Positions 48,601 to 63,000 of a DNA stretch of 64,000 bases are shown piece by piece; position 1 is the first letter of the stretch; each line of letters opens with the position of its first letter. The translations under genes and the position numbers were made by a program. This DNA comes from Prorocentrum cordatum (lineage: Eukaryota), in the NCBI GenBank assembly GCA_963575745.1, contig CAUYUJ010000141.1, forward strand, positions 1 to 64,000. The letters run 5' to 3'. The notes beneath the pieces were generated by a model, which searched no databases, had not been told where the DNA came from, and saw only the letters and a list, made by a program, of their open reading frames with translations.

Positions 48601-51600
48601 AGCTGTCCTGTAGCTCGAGTGAAATACAGAAAATCGAGAGCGTCTGTCAAGATGACTCGAATAATACGAATAGGTTTGCGGACCTAGCTCGGCTAGAAGC
48701 CCGAGTTCAGACCTCTGGATTCAACAGACGAACGCGCCTGATCATTCTGAATCGATTAGCTGTGCTCACCAGCTCTGCAGCTGTCCTAAAGCTCGAGTTA
48801 TGTACAGAAAACCGTCATCTCGTGTCAAGATGACTTAAAACGGCCGATCCCGCCCGTGTGCTTTTTGGAAGTAAAAGATACCCGATCGAGATGAGATCAG
48901 GATGGCGAGCGGGAATAAGATCGAACATCATGGGAAAAAATACTAGAGCTCTAACGAATGTTTGAATTTCGAGAACAAAATTTTCAACCGACCAAAAGTC
49001 AGCAAAAGTTCCGTCGAGATTTTTCTTGCCAACTAGCTCTCCAGCGCCCCGGAATTACTCTTAAGCTTCCAGCAATAACTTGCTAAGGGAAGCTCTACGA
49101 GTTACTGGGCGCCGGCGGTAAACCGTCAACCTTTCTTACCGCCGGGGGACTCGTAGAGCTTCCTGACAATATATAATGTCGAAAAAAATTGTAGAGAACG
49201 AATAGTTTTTCAGCCCAAGTTATTTCAGACCTTTCGATGCAACAACCGAACGCCCCTGATGTTGGATTCTCTTCCATACGAGCTCTGTAGCTCTCCTACA
49301 GCCCGAGTTACGTGCGTAAATCGAAAGCACCTCTTAAGATGACTCGAACAATACGAACAGTTCGGCAAACCTAGCTCGAGTATCAGACCGAGTTCAGACC
49401 TCTGAATGAAAGAGTGGGGCGCGTTTGATGTCTCCGAATCGACTCCTGTGATTACCAGCCCTGCAGCCCACCTACAGCCCGAGTTAAGTGCAGAAAACCG
49501 ACAGCACCTCTCAGGATGACTCGAACAATACGAATAGTGTCGCGGACCTAGTTCGGGCAGCACACCGATTTTCGAGCTCTGGATTCGACAGACGGACGCG
49601 CCTGATGTCTCGAATCGATTCCTGAGATAACCAGCCGTGTAGTCCCCCTACAGCCTGAGTTAAGCACAGAAAACCGATAGCACCTCTCAAGATGACTCGA
49701 ACAATACATATAGTTTCGCGATTCTAGATCGGGCAGCAGACCGAGTTCAGAGCTGTGGATTCAACAGACAATGCGACTGATGATTCTGAATCGGTTTCTG
49801 TAAGTATCAGCTCCGTAGCTGTCATATAGCTCGAGTTAAATACAAAAAACCGAGAGCGCCTGTCAAGATCACTCGAATAATACTAATAGGTTTGCGGACC
49901 TAGCTCGACTAGCAGACCATTCTGAATCGATAAGGTGTGCTCACCAGCTCTGTGACTCTTCTATAGCTCGAGTTATGTTCAGAAAACCGCCACCGCGTGT
50001 CAAGATGACCCGAAACGGCCGATCCCGCCGCAGTGCTTTTTGGCAGTAATATCTACCCGACCGATCTGAGATCAAGACGGCGAGCGGGAATAAGATCGAA
50101 TATCACGAGAAAAATATTAGAGCTCTAACGAATGTTCAAATTTTGAGAACATAATTTTCAACCGAGCAAAAGTCAGCAAAAGGTCCGTCGAGATTTTTCT
50201 TGTCAACTAGCTCTCCAGCGCTCCGGAACTGGGCGCCGGCGGTAACCCGTCAACCTTCCTTACCGCCGGGGGACTCGTAGAGTTTCCTGACAATATATAA
50301 TGTGGAAAAAATGCAGAGAACGAATAGTTTTTCAGCCCAAGCGATTTCAGACCTCTCGATGCAACAGCCGAACGCCCCCAATGCTTCTGGATTGTCTTCT
50401 TTGCGAGCTCTGTAGCTCTCCTACAGCCCGAGTTGCGTGCGTAAATCGACAGCACCTCTCAAGATGACTCTAACATAACGAATAGTTTGGCAAACCTAGC
50501 TCGAGTATCAAACCGAGTTAAGACCTCTGAATGCGACAGGCGGACGCGTCTGATGTCTGCGAATCGACTCCTGTGATTACCAGCCCTGCAGCCCCCCTAC
50601 AGCCCGATTTAAGTGCAGAAAACCGACAGCACCTCTCAGGATGACTCGAACAATACATTAGTTTCGCGGACCTAATTCGGGCAGCAGACCGAGTTCCGAG
50701 CTCTGGATTCGACAGGCGGACGCGCCTGATGTCTTCAAATCGTTTCCTGTGACCACGAGCACTGTAGCCCCCCCCAGCCCGAGTTGAGTGCAGAAAACCG
50801 AGAGCACTTCTCAAGATGACTCGAACAATACGAATAGATTCGCGATTCTAGATCGGGCAGCAGACCGAGTTCAGAGCTCTCGATTCAACAGACAAATGCC
50901 ACTGATGATTCCGAATCGGTTTCTGTAAGTATCAACTCTGTAGCTGTCCCATAGCTCGAGTTAAGTACAGAAAACCGAGAGCGTCTCTCAAGATGACTCG
51001 AAAAATACGAATAGGTTTGCGGACCTAGCTCGGCTAGCGGACCGAGTTCAGACCTCTGGATTCAACAGGCGAACGCGCCTGATCATTCTGAATCCATTAG
51101 CTGTGCTTACTAACTCTGTAGCTGTCCTAAAGCTCGAGTTATGTTCAGAAAACCGTCATCGCGTGTCAAGATGACTTGAAACGGCCGATCCCGCCTGCCT
51201 GCTTTTTGGCAGTAAAAGGTACCCGATCGAGCTGAGATCAAGATGACGAGCGGGAAAAAGATCGAATATCACGGAAAAAAATACTAGAGCTCTAACGAAT
51301 GTTCAAATGTAAACTGGGCACCGGCGGTAAACCGTCAACCTTTCTTACCGCCGGGGGACTCGTAGAGCTTCCTCACAACATATAATATTAGAAAAAATTG
51401 CAGAGAACGCCCAAGCGATTTCAGGCCTCTCGATACAACAGCCGAACGCCGCCCCCAATGCTTCTGGATTGTCTTCTGTACGAGCTCTGTAGCTCTCCTA
51501 CAGCCGTAGTTACGCGCGTAAATCGACAGCACCTCTCCAGATGACTCGAACAATACGAATAGTTTGGCAAACCTAGCTCGAGTATCAGACCGAGTTCAGA

Positions 51601-54411
51601 CCTCTGAATGCGACAGGCGGACGCGTCTGATGTTTCCGAATCGATTCCTGTAATTACCAGCCCTGCAGCCCCCCTACAGCCCGAGTTAAGTGCAGAAAAC
51701 CGAGAGCACCTCTCAGGATGACTCGAACAATACGAATAGTTTCGCGGACCTAGTTCGGGCAGCAGACCGAGTTCGGAGCTCTCGATTCGAGATGCAGACG
51801 CGCCTGATGTCTCCGAATCGATTCCTGTGACCGCGAGCACTGTATCTCTCTTACAGCCCGAGTTAAGTGCAGAAAAGCGACACCTCTCAAGATGACTCGA
51901 ACAATACGAATAGATTCGCGATTCTAGATCGGGCAGCAGATCGATTTCAGAGCTCTGAATTCAACAGACGAACGCGACTGAGCATTCTGAATCGGTGTCT
52001 GTAAGCATCATCTCTGTAGCTGTCCTATAGCTCGAGTTTACTGCAGAAAACCAAGAGCATCTGTCAAGATAACTCGAATAATACGAATAAGTGTGCGAAC
52101 ATAGCACGGCTAACAGACCGAGTTCAGACCTCTAGATGCAACAGACGAACGCGCATGATCATTCTGAATCGATGAGGTGTGCTTACCAGCTCTGTAGCTG
52201 TCCTGTATCTCGAGTTAAGTCCAATATACTGACAGCGCGTATCAAGAAGACTCGAAACGGCCGATCCCGCCCTTGTGCTTTTCGGCAGTAAAAGGTACCC
52301 GATCGAGCTGAGATCAAGATAGCGAGCGCGAATAAGATCGAATATCACGGGAAAAAATACTAGAGCTCTAACGAATGGTTGAATTTTGAGAACAAAACTG
52401 GGCGCAGGCGGTAAACCGTCAACCTTTGTTACCGCCGGAGGACTCGTGGAACTTCCTGACAGCATGTAATGTCGAAAAAAATTACAAAGAAAAAATAGTT
52501 TTTCAGCCAAAGCAATTTCAGGCCTCTCGCATGCAACAGCCGAACGCCCCCGATGCTTCTGGATTGTCTTCTGTACGAGCTCTGTAGCTCTCCTACAGCC
52601 CGAGTTACGTGCGTAAATCGACAGCATCTCTCAAGATGACTCGAACAATACGAATAGTTTAGCAAACCTAGCTCGAGTATCAGACCGAGTTCAGACATCT
52701 GCATACGCGTCTGATGTCTCTGAATCGATTCCTGTGATTACCAGCCCTGCAGTAAGATCGAATATTACGGGAAAACATACTAGAACTCAAACGAATTGAG
52801 GAATTCCGAGAACAAAATTTTCAACCGACCAAAAGTCACCAAAAGGTCCGTCGAGATTTTTCTTGCCAATTAGCTCCCCAGCGACCCGGAAGTAATCTTA
52901 AGCTTCCAGCAAAGGGAAGCTCTACGAGTTATTTTCAACCGACCAAAAGTCAGCAAAAGGTGCGTCGAGATTTTCCTTGCCAACTAGCTCTCCAGCGCGC
53001 CAGAATTACTTTTTTAGCTTCCAGCAACAACTTGCTAGTGGAAGCTCTACGAGTTATTTCAAAAACAAAATTTTCATCCGACCACTTGGTAGCGTCCACT
53101 GGGCGCCGGCGGTAAACCGTCAACCTTCCTTACCGCCGGACGACTCGTAGAGCTTCCAAAGCATATATAACGTCGAAAAAAAATGCAGAGAACGAACAGT
53201 TTTTCATCCTAAACGATTTCAGACCTCTCGATGCAACAGTCAAACGCCCCTCATGCTTCTGGATCGTTTTCTGTGCGCACGAGCTCCGTAGCTCTCCTAC
53301 AGCCCGAGTTACGTGCGAAAATCGACAGCACCTCTCAAGATCACTAGAACAATACAAATAGTTTCGCGAATCTAGCTCGAGTATCAGACCGAGTTCAGAC
53401 ATCTGAATGCAACAGGCGGACGCGCCTGATGTCTCTGAATCGATTCCTGTGACAACCAGCCCTGCAGCCCCCTTACAGCCCGAGTTAAGTGCAGAAAATT
53501 GACAGCACCTCTGACTCGAACAATACGAATAATTTCGCGAACATAACTCGGGCAGCAGGCCGAATTCAGGGCACTGAATGCGACAGATGGACGCGACTGA
53601 TGTCTCCGAATCGATTCAGTGATTACCAACCCTGCAGCCCCCTTACAGCCTGAGTTAAGCGCAGAAAGATGACAGCACTTTTCAAGGTGACTCGACGAAT
53701 AGAAATAGTTTTGCGAACCTAGCTCGGGCAGCACACCGAGTTCCGAGCTCTGGATTCGGCAAGCGGGCGCGCCTGATGTCTCCGAATCGGTCCCTGTGAG
53801 TACGAGCCCTGTAGCCCCCCTACAGCCCGAGTTAAGTGCAGAAAACTGTCAGTACCTCTCAAGACTCCAACAACACGAATAGTTTAACAAACCTAGCTCG
53901 GGCAGCAGACCGAGTTCAGACCTCTAGATGGAACAGACGAACGCGCCTGATGATTCGCAATGGGTTTCTGTGAGAATGAGCTCTGTAGCTGCCCTACAGC
54001 TCGAGTTAAGTACAGAATACCGACAGCGCGTATCAAGATGACTCGAAACAGCCGATCCCGCCGCGATGCTTTTTTGCAGAAATATTTACCCGATCGAGCT
54101 GAGATTAAGATGGCGAGCGGGAATAAGATCGAACATGGTCAGAAAAAATGGAGCTCTAACGAATGGTTGAATTTCGAGAACACCATTTCCAACCGACCAA
54201 AAGTTCCGTCGAGATTTTTCTTGCCAACTAGCTCTCCAGCGCGCCGGAATTACTCTTAAGCTTCCAGCATTAACTTGCTAAGGGAAGCTCTACGAGTTAC
54301 TGGCGCCGGCGGTGGGACGTGAACCTGGTCACCGCCGGAAAGCTCGTAGAGCTTCCCTCACTGGTAAGAGTGCAGAGAATCGACACAGAGTTTTTATATA
54401 TATATATATAA

Positions 54412-54454
<43 letters not shown>

Positions 54455-54786
54455 ATTCTTTTTTTTTTTCGATGTTTATATTCGCTCAGTTCCTGGAAGT
54501 CAACTCATGCAAAAATGCGACGCGCAAATTCTGCTTTCTCACAAAAAAAGGTCGAATATCTTTCAAATTTTCGCAAAGCCACATTGTCCGCCTCGGTCGG
54601 CTGGGCCAACTAGCTCAATCCCGCGCCGGAATTCCTCTAGCTCATCGATGCCGAAGAGCTCTACGAGGTACTGGGCGCCGGCGATAGACCGTCAACCTTT
54701 CTTACCGCCGGGGGACTCGTAGACCTTCCTGACAACATATAATGTCACAAAAAATTACAGAAGAAATAGTTTTTCAGCCTAAGCAA

Positions 54787-54962
54787 CTTGGTAGCGTCCA
54801 AAACCCGGAGAGCGAAGAGACTCTTTGGAACGGGAAATATTTCCTGGAGAGCTCTGGGAAGCTCCCCAGCAGCGCTGCCGAAGCGCTGGCAGAAACTCTT
54901 CCATGCGTGCCTGCACGCGCTACTCTTGAACCCTCTCGGAATTTCAGCGAGCTCTCCGGGAA
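54787..54962 (-). mobile_element. Family H3 mini-element (176 bp) nested in an H2 unit
   Basis: Interrupts the conserved aagcaa|tttc site; CCCGGAGAGC near the left end and GCTCTCCGGG at the right end; terminal hairpin ttgg-tagcgt-ccaa. The same left end occurs at about 45965 and 53085. Confidence 0.75.
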
Positions 54963-56435
54963 TTTCGAACCTCTCGGACGCAATAGCGGAACGCCCCCGA
55001 TGCTTCTGGATTGTCTTCTGTACGAGCTCTGTAGCTCTCCTACAGCCCGAGTTACGTGCGTAAATCGACAGCACCTCTCAAGATGACGCATCAGCTCTGT
55101 AGCTGTCCTGCAGCTCGAGTTAAGTGCAGAAAACCAAGAGCGTCTGTCAAGATGACTCGAATAATACGAATAGGTTTGCGGACCTAGCTTTGCTAGCAGA
55201 TCGAGTTCATACCTCCATGCATGCGGTAGAGCTCTACGAGGTACTGGGCGCCGGCAGTAAACCGTCAACCTTCGTTACCGCCGGGGACTCGTAGAGCTTC
55301 CTGACAACATATAATGTCGAACAAAAATTACACCGACAAAAATAGTTTTTCAGCCCAACCAATTTCAGACCTCTCGGGTGCAACAGCCGAACGCCCCAGA
55401 TGCTTCTGGATTGTCTTCTGCACGAGCTCTGTAGCTCTTCTACAGCCCGAGTAATGTGCGTAAGTCGACAGCACCTCTCAAGATGACTCGAACAATACGA
55501 ATAGTTTGGCAAATCTAGCTCGAGTATCAGACCGAGTTCAAGCCTCTGCATGGGACAGGCAGACGCGTCTGATGTCTCTGCATCGAATCATGTGATTACC
55601 AGCCCTGCAGACCCCCTAGACCCCGAGTTATCGAATAGTTTCGCGGATCTAGTCCTGGCAGCAGACAGAGTTCAGAGCTCTCGATTCGAAAGGCGGACGC
55701 GCCTCATATCTCCGAATCGATTCCAGTGATTACCAGATATGCAGCCCCCCTACAGCCCGAGTTAAGTGCAGAGAGCCGACAGCATCTCTCAAGATAACTC
55801 GAACAATACGAATAGTTTCGCGAATCTAGATCGGAGAGCAGACCAAGTTCAGAGCTCTCGATTCAGCAGACAACGGCATCTATGATTCTGAATCAGATTC
55901 TGTACGTATCAGCTAGGTAGCTGTCCTGCAGCTCGAGTTAAGTACAGAAAACAGAGAGCGTCTGTCAAGATGACTGGAATAATACGAATAGGTATGTGGA
56001 CCTAGCTCGGCTAGCAGACCGAGTTCAGACCTCTGGATTCAACAGGCGAACGCGCCTGATCATTCTGCATCGATTAGCTGTGCTCACCAGCTCTGTAGCT
56101 GTCCTGAAGCTCGAGTTATCTTGATAAAACCGACAGCGCGTATCGATGACTCGAAACAGCCGATCCCGCCTGCCTGCTTTTTGGCAGTAAAAGGTACCCG
56201 ATCGAGCTGATATCAAGATGGCGAGCGGGAATAAGATTGAATATCATGGGAAAAAATACTAAAGCTCTAACGAATGTTGAAATTTTGAGAAAAAAAATCA
56301 ACCGACCAAAAGTCATCAAAAGGTCCGTCGAGCTCTTCGGCATCGATGAGCTAAGAGGAATTCCGGCGCGGGGTGCAGCTAGTTGGCCATTGGCCAACCC
56401 GGCCCGGACGGACAATGTGAGGACCTGGGGTCGGT

Positions 56436-57020
56436 TTTTCGAAGATGGCGAGAGATTTTGAAATTCGTTTTCCAAATTTGAATTTTTATTCTATGCAGTG
56501 AATCATGGCGCTTTCGATGGTGCAATCCCCAGGGTCATAGCTGCATTATTTCGATCAAAAGACTACGGGGAACCAACATTGTGCACGACCGAAAACAACA
56601 TTTCTTCATTTTTCAGCTAGTACTGAGAAGCGTTTTTTTGCTATCATCTCGGAACCGACTCGGTCTATTCAGAGCTCTACGAGGTCCCTGCGGAAAACCT
56701 GGTTGACGGTTTACCGTTGGTTTACCGTTGACTGGGAACCTGCGGTAAACCGTCAACCAGGTTACCGCCGGGACCCTCGTAGAGCTCTGCATAGACCAGA
56801 TCGGTTCCGAGATAACAGCAGAAAAAAGCTTCTGCATACTAGCTTCAAAAATAAAGACATATTTTTTCCGGTCGTACAATGGTGGTTCCCCCTAGTCTTT
56901 TGATCGAAATAATGCAGCTAGGGCCCTGAGAATTGCACCATCGAAAGCGCCATCATTCACTGCATAGAATAAAAATTCAAATTTGAAAAACGAATTTCAA
57001 AATCTCGCCATCTTCGAAAA
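56436..57020. repeat. Long imperfect palindrome (~290 bp arms) formed by two tail-to-tail H2 modules
   Basis: 56436-56725 is the diverged reverse complement of 56732-57020. Confidence 0.9.
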
Positions 57021-60000
57021 ACTGGGCACCGGCGGTAGACCGTCAACCTTTCTTACCGCCGGGGGACGCGTAGAGCTTCCTGACAACATAATGTCGAAGA
57101 AAATTACACCGAAAAAAAAGTTTCTCAGCCCAAGCAATTTCAAACTTCGCGGATGCAACAGCCGAACGTCCCCGATGCTTCTGGATTGTCTTCTGCACGA
57201 GCTCTGTAGCTCTCCTACAGCCCGAGTGACGTGCGTAAATCGACAGCACCTCTCAAGATGACTCGAACAATACGAATAGTTTGGCAAACCTAGCTCGAGT
57301 ATCAGACCGAGTTCAGACCTCTGCATGCGACAGGCGGACGCGTCTGATGTCTCTGAATCGATCCCTGTGATTACCAGCCCTGCAGCCCCCCCTACAGCCC
57401 GAGTTAAGTGCAGGAAACCGACAGCACCTCTCAGCATGACTCGAACAATACGAATAGTTTCGCGGACCTAGTTCGGGCAACAGACCGAGTTCGGAGCTCT
57501 GGATTCGAAAGGCGGACGCGCCTGACGACTCCGAATCGATTCCAGTGATTACCAGCCATGCAGCCCCCCTACAGCCCGAGTTCAGTGCAGAGAACTGACA
57601 GCATCTCGCAAGATGACTCGAACAATACGAATAGTTTCGCGATTCTAGATCGGGCAGCAGACCGAGTTCAGAGCTCAAGATTCAACAGACAACGGCCACT
57701 GATGATTCTGGATCAGATTCTGTACGTATCAGCTCTGTAGCTGTCCTGTAGCTCGAGTTAAGTACAGAAAACTAAGTGCAGAGAACGGACAGCATCTCTC
57801 AAGATGATCTGAACAATACGAATAGTTTCGCGATTCTAGATCGGGCAGCAGACCGAGTTCAGAGCTCTGGATTCAACAGACAACGGCCACTGATTATTCT
57901 GAAGCAGATTCTGTACGTATAAGCTCTGTAGCTGTCCTGTAGCTCGAATTAGGTACAGAAAACAGAGAGCGTCTGGGAAGATGACTCGAATAATACGAAT
58001 AGGTTTGCGGACCTAGCTCGGCTAGCAGACCGAATTCAGACCTCTAGGTTCAACAGGCGAACGCGCCTGATCATTCTGCATCGATTAGCTGTGCTCACCA
58101 GCTCTGTAGCTGTCCTATAGCTCGAGTTATCTATAAAACCTACAGCGCGTATCAAGATGACTCGAAACGGCCGATCCCGCCTGCCTGCTTTTTGGGAGTA
58201 AAAGTTACCCGATCGAGCTGAGATCAAGATGGCGAGCGGGAATAAGATCGAATATCATGGGAACAAATACTAGAGCTCTAACGACTGTTGAGATTTTAAG
58301 AACAAAATTTTCAACCGACCAAAAGTCAGCAAAAGGTTCGTCTAGATTTTTCTTGCCAACTAGCTCTCCAACGCCCCGGAACTGGGCGCCGGCGGTAAAC
58401 CGTCAACCTTGGCTACCGCCCGGGAACTCGTAGAGCTTCCTAGCTCGACTTAAGTTGAGAAAACCGACAGCACCTACCAACATTCTGACTTATAGTGAAT
58501 ATTATTTGACCTCTGAATGCGACAGGCGGACGCGTCTCATGTCTGCGAATCGACTCCTGTCATTACCAGCGCTGCAGCCCCCCTACAGCCCGAGTTAAGT
58601 GCAAAAAACCGACAGCACCTCTCAGGATGACTCGAACAATACAATAGTTTCGCAGACCTAATTCGGGCAGCAGACCGAGTTCCGAGCTCTGGATTCGACA
58701 GACGGACGCGCATGATCTCTTCGAATCGATTCATGTGAGAACCAGCACTGTAGCCTGCTCTCAGCGCAAGTTGAGTGAAGAAAACCGAGAGCATCCCTCA
58801 AGATGACTCGACCAATACGAATAATGTTGCGAGTCTAGATCGGGCAGCTGACCGAGTTCAGGGCTCTGGATTCGACAGACAAACGCAACTGACGATTCTG
58901 AATCAGTTTCTGTAAATATCAGCTTTGTAGCTGTCATACAGCTCGAGATAAGTACAGAAAATGGAGAGTTTCTGTCACAATGACTCGAATACTACGGATA
59001 GGTTTGCGAACCTAGCTCGGCTCACAGACCGAGTTCAGACCTCTAAATTAGACAGGCGAACGCGCCTAATCATTCTACATCGATTAGCTGTGCTCACCAG
59101 CTCTGTAGCTGCTCTACAGCTCGAGTTATGTTCAGAAAACCGTCAGCGCGTATCAAGATGACTCAAAACGGCCGATCCCGCCACAGTGCTTTTCGATAGT
59201 AATATTCACCCGATCGAGCTGAGATCAAGATGGCGAGCGGGAATAAGATCGAATATCACGGGAAAAAATACTAGAGCTCTAACGAATTGTTGAATTTCGA
59301 GAACCAAATTTTCAACCGACCAAAAGTCACCAAAAGTTCCGTCGAGATTTTTCTTGCCAACTGGCGCCGGCGGTGAACCGTCAACCTGGTCACCGCCGGG
59401 AACCTCGTAGAGCTCCTCTCACTGGTATGAGCGCAGAGAATCGACACAGAGTGAAAAATAGAGATTTTTCGAAAATCTTGAAATTCGATTTTTTCGATGT
59501 TCATATTCGCTCAGTTCCTGGAAGTCAACTCATGCAAAAATGCATCGAGAGAGCTGAGCTGCTGTCAGAGAGGAGTTCATACGCCAATGCTCGGCGTAAA
59601 AATCTGCTTTCTCAAAATAAATTGTCAAATATCTTTCAAATTTTCGCAAAACCACCCAAAAGTTATCACATTGTCCGCCTCGGCCGGCTGGGCCAACTAG
59701 CTCCACCCCGCGCCGGAATTCCTCTAGCTCATCGATGCCGAAGAGCTCTACGAGGTACTAGCTCTCCAGCGCGCCGGAATTACTGGGCGCCGGCGGTAAG
59801 CCGTCAACCTTTGTTACCGCCGGGGGACTCGTAGAGCTTCCAGACAGTATATGATGCGGTAAAAAAACTCCAGAGAACGACAAGTTTTTCAGCCCAAGCG
59901 ATTTCAGACCTCTCAAGATAACTGCAACAAAAAACGAACAGTTTGGCAACCCAGTTCGAGTATCAAACCGAGTTCAGAACTTTCAATGCGGCGAATGCTG

Positions 60001-63000
60001 ATGTCTGCGAATCAACGCATCTAATTACCAGCCCTGCAGCCCCCCCCCCCCCTACAGCCCGGGTTCAGTGCAGAAAACCGACAGCAGCTCTCAGGATGAC
60101 TCGAATAATACAATAGTTTCGCGACCCTAGTTCGAGCAGCAGACTGAGATCCGAGCTCTGGGTTCGACAGACGGACGTGCCTGATGTCCCCAAATCGATT
60201 TCTGTGACCAGCAGCACTGTAGCCCGCCCACAGCACAGTTCAGTGCAGAAAACCGAGAGCACTTCTCAAGATAACTCTAACAATACGAATAGTTTCGTGA
60301 ACCTAGCTCGGGCAGCAGACCGAGTTCAGAGCTCTCGATTCAACAGACCAACGCGTCTGATGATTTCCAATCGATATCTGTCACTATGAGCTCTCTAGCT
60401 GCCCTACAGCTCGAATTGAGTACAGAAAACCGAGAGCGTCTGTCAAGATGACTCGAAAAATACGAATAGGTTTGCGGACCTAGTCCAGACCTCTGGGTTC
60501 AACAGGCGAACGCGCCTGATGATTCTGGAAGCGATAGGTGTGCTTACCAGCTCTGTAGCTTTCCTGAAGCTCGAGTTACCTTGAGAAAACCGACACCGTG
60601 TATCAAGATGACTCGAAACGGCCGATCCCGCCATGACGCTTTTCGATAGTAATACCCACCCGATCGAGCTGAGATCAAGATGGCGAGCGGGAATAAGATC
60701 GAATATCACGGGAAAAAATACTAGAGCTCTAACGAATTGTTAAATTTCGAGAACATAATTTTCAACCGAGCCAAAGTTGTCAAAAGTTCAGTCGAGATTT
60801 TTCGAGCCAACTGGGCGCCGGCGGTAAACCGTCAACCTTTCTTACCGCTGGGGGACTCGTAGAGCTTCCTGATAATATGCAAAGTACAAAAAGTTTTTCA
60901 GCCCAAGCGATTTCAGGCCTGCCAACTCTAAATAAAAAACCTAATAATTTGCCAACCCAGCTCGAGTATCAAACGAGTTCAGACCTCTGAGGGCGACAGG
61001 CGGACGCGTCTGATATCTGCGAATCGACTCATGTTAATTACCAGCCCTGCAGCCCCCTACAGCCCGAGTTAAGTGCAGAAAACCGACAGCACCTCTCAGG
61101 ATGACTCGAATAAACTCCGCAGCTCAGAGCAGGAAGTGGCTCTCGGCTCGACAGACGGACGTCCCTGATGTCTCCGAATCGATTTCTGTGACCACCAGCA
61201 CTGTAGCCCTCCCAACACGAGTCAAGTGCAAACCATGAGCACTTCTCAAGAAGACCCGAAGCGTACGAATAGGTTCGCGAACCTAGCTCGGGCAGCAGGC
61301 CGAGTTCAGAGCTCTCGATTCAACAGACGAACGCGCCTGATGATTTCCAATCGATTCCTATGATTATCAGCTCTGTAGCTGCCCTACATCTCGAGTTGAG
61401 TACAGAAAACCGAGAGCGTCCGCTAAGACGACTCGAATAATACATATAGGTTTGCAGAGCTAGCTTGGCTAGCAGACCGAGTTCAGATCTCTGGATTCAA
61501 CAGGCGAACGCGCCTGATCATTCTGAATCGACTAGCTGTGCTCACCAGCTCTGTAGCTGTCATATAGCTCGAGTTATGTTCAGAAAACCGTCGGCCGATG
61601 CCGCCCGGAACTCGGATCCGGCGGTAAACCGTCATCCAGGTAACCGCCGGGAGCCTCGTAGAGCTCTGTTCTCGCGAGGCGCCGCTCGAAGCACACGAAA
61701 AAAGCTTTCTTGAGCAAGAAGAAAGCTCGAAAAATATGTTTTTTATTGTTTATCTTCGCTTTGTGGATCTAGCTCGAGTGCGAGACCGAGTTTGGTCCTC
61801 TCGATGCCGGGAAAAAGACGCGCTGGGTGATACAGGATCCGTTTTGCGTACCAGCTCTGTAGCTCTTCTGCATCTTTAGTTAAGGGAAACCGACAGCACT
61901 CCTTAAAATGTCTCGTATAATACGAATTGTTTCGCAGATCTAGCTCGAGTAGCAAACCGAGCTCAGACCTCTCGATGGAACAGACGAACGCGTCTGCTGA
62001 TTCTAGATCGGTTTCTCTAATTATCAGCTCTGTAGATGTCCCAAGTCTCGAGTGAAGTACAGAAAACCGTCAACGCGTGTCAAGATGACTCGAAACGGCC
62101 GACAGTTCCCTCAAGTCTTTCGATAGAAATACTGCAGCTACAGACCTGAGAATTTAACTGGCAGACGCGGCATAATCCACTACAGGTGGGAAAAATAGCG
62201 GCTCTTAAAGCGAATTTTCAAATTTTACACAGAGACAGAAAAACCGACTCCGAGTCGTCACATTGTCTCATAAGGTCGGGTCGGCCAACTAGCTTCACCC
62301 TGCGCCCGAATTCCTCTTAGCTCATCTTGCCGAAGAGATCCACGAGGTACTGGCGCCGGCGGTGAACCGTCAACCTGGTCACCGCCGGGAACCTCGTAGA
62401 GCTCCTCTCACTAGTAAGAGTGCAGAGAATCGAGAGAGAATCAAAAAATGGAGATTTTTCGAAAATCTTGAAATTCGATTTTTTCGATGTTCACATTCGC
62501 TCAGTTCCCGGAAGTCAACTCACGCAAAAATGCATCGATAGAGCTGAGCTGCTGTCAGAGAGGAGTTCATATGCCAATGCTCGCGTAAAAATCTGCTTCT
62601 TCAAAATAAATGGTCAAATATCTTTGAAATTTTCGCAAAACCACCCAAAAGTTGCCACATTGTCCGCCTCGGCCGGCTGGGCCAACTGGCGCCGGCGGTG
62701 AACCGTCAACCTGGTCACCGCCGGGAACCTCGTAGAGCTCCTCTCACTGGTAAGAGTGCAGAGAATCGACACAGAATCCAAAAATTGAGATTTTTCGAAA
62801 ATCTTCAAATTCGATTTTTTCGATGTTCATATTCGCTCAGTTCCTGGAAGTCAACTCATGCAAAAATGCATCGCGAGAGCTGAGCTGCTGTTAGAGAGGA
62901 GTTTATATGCCAATGCTCGACGTAAAAATCTGCTTCCTCAAAATAAATGGTCAAATATCTTTCAAATTTTCGCAAAACCACCCAAAAGTTACCACATTGT

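Noticed and set aside
54390..54470. (TA)n/poly-A/poly-T stretch as a retroposon tail
   Set aside because: It replaces a segment that is ordinary sequence in sister modules (59450-59495), so it is probably low-quality consensus or slippage.
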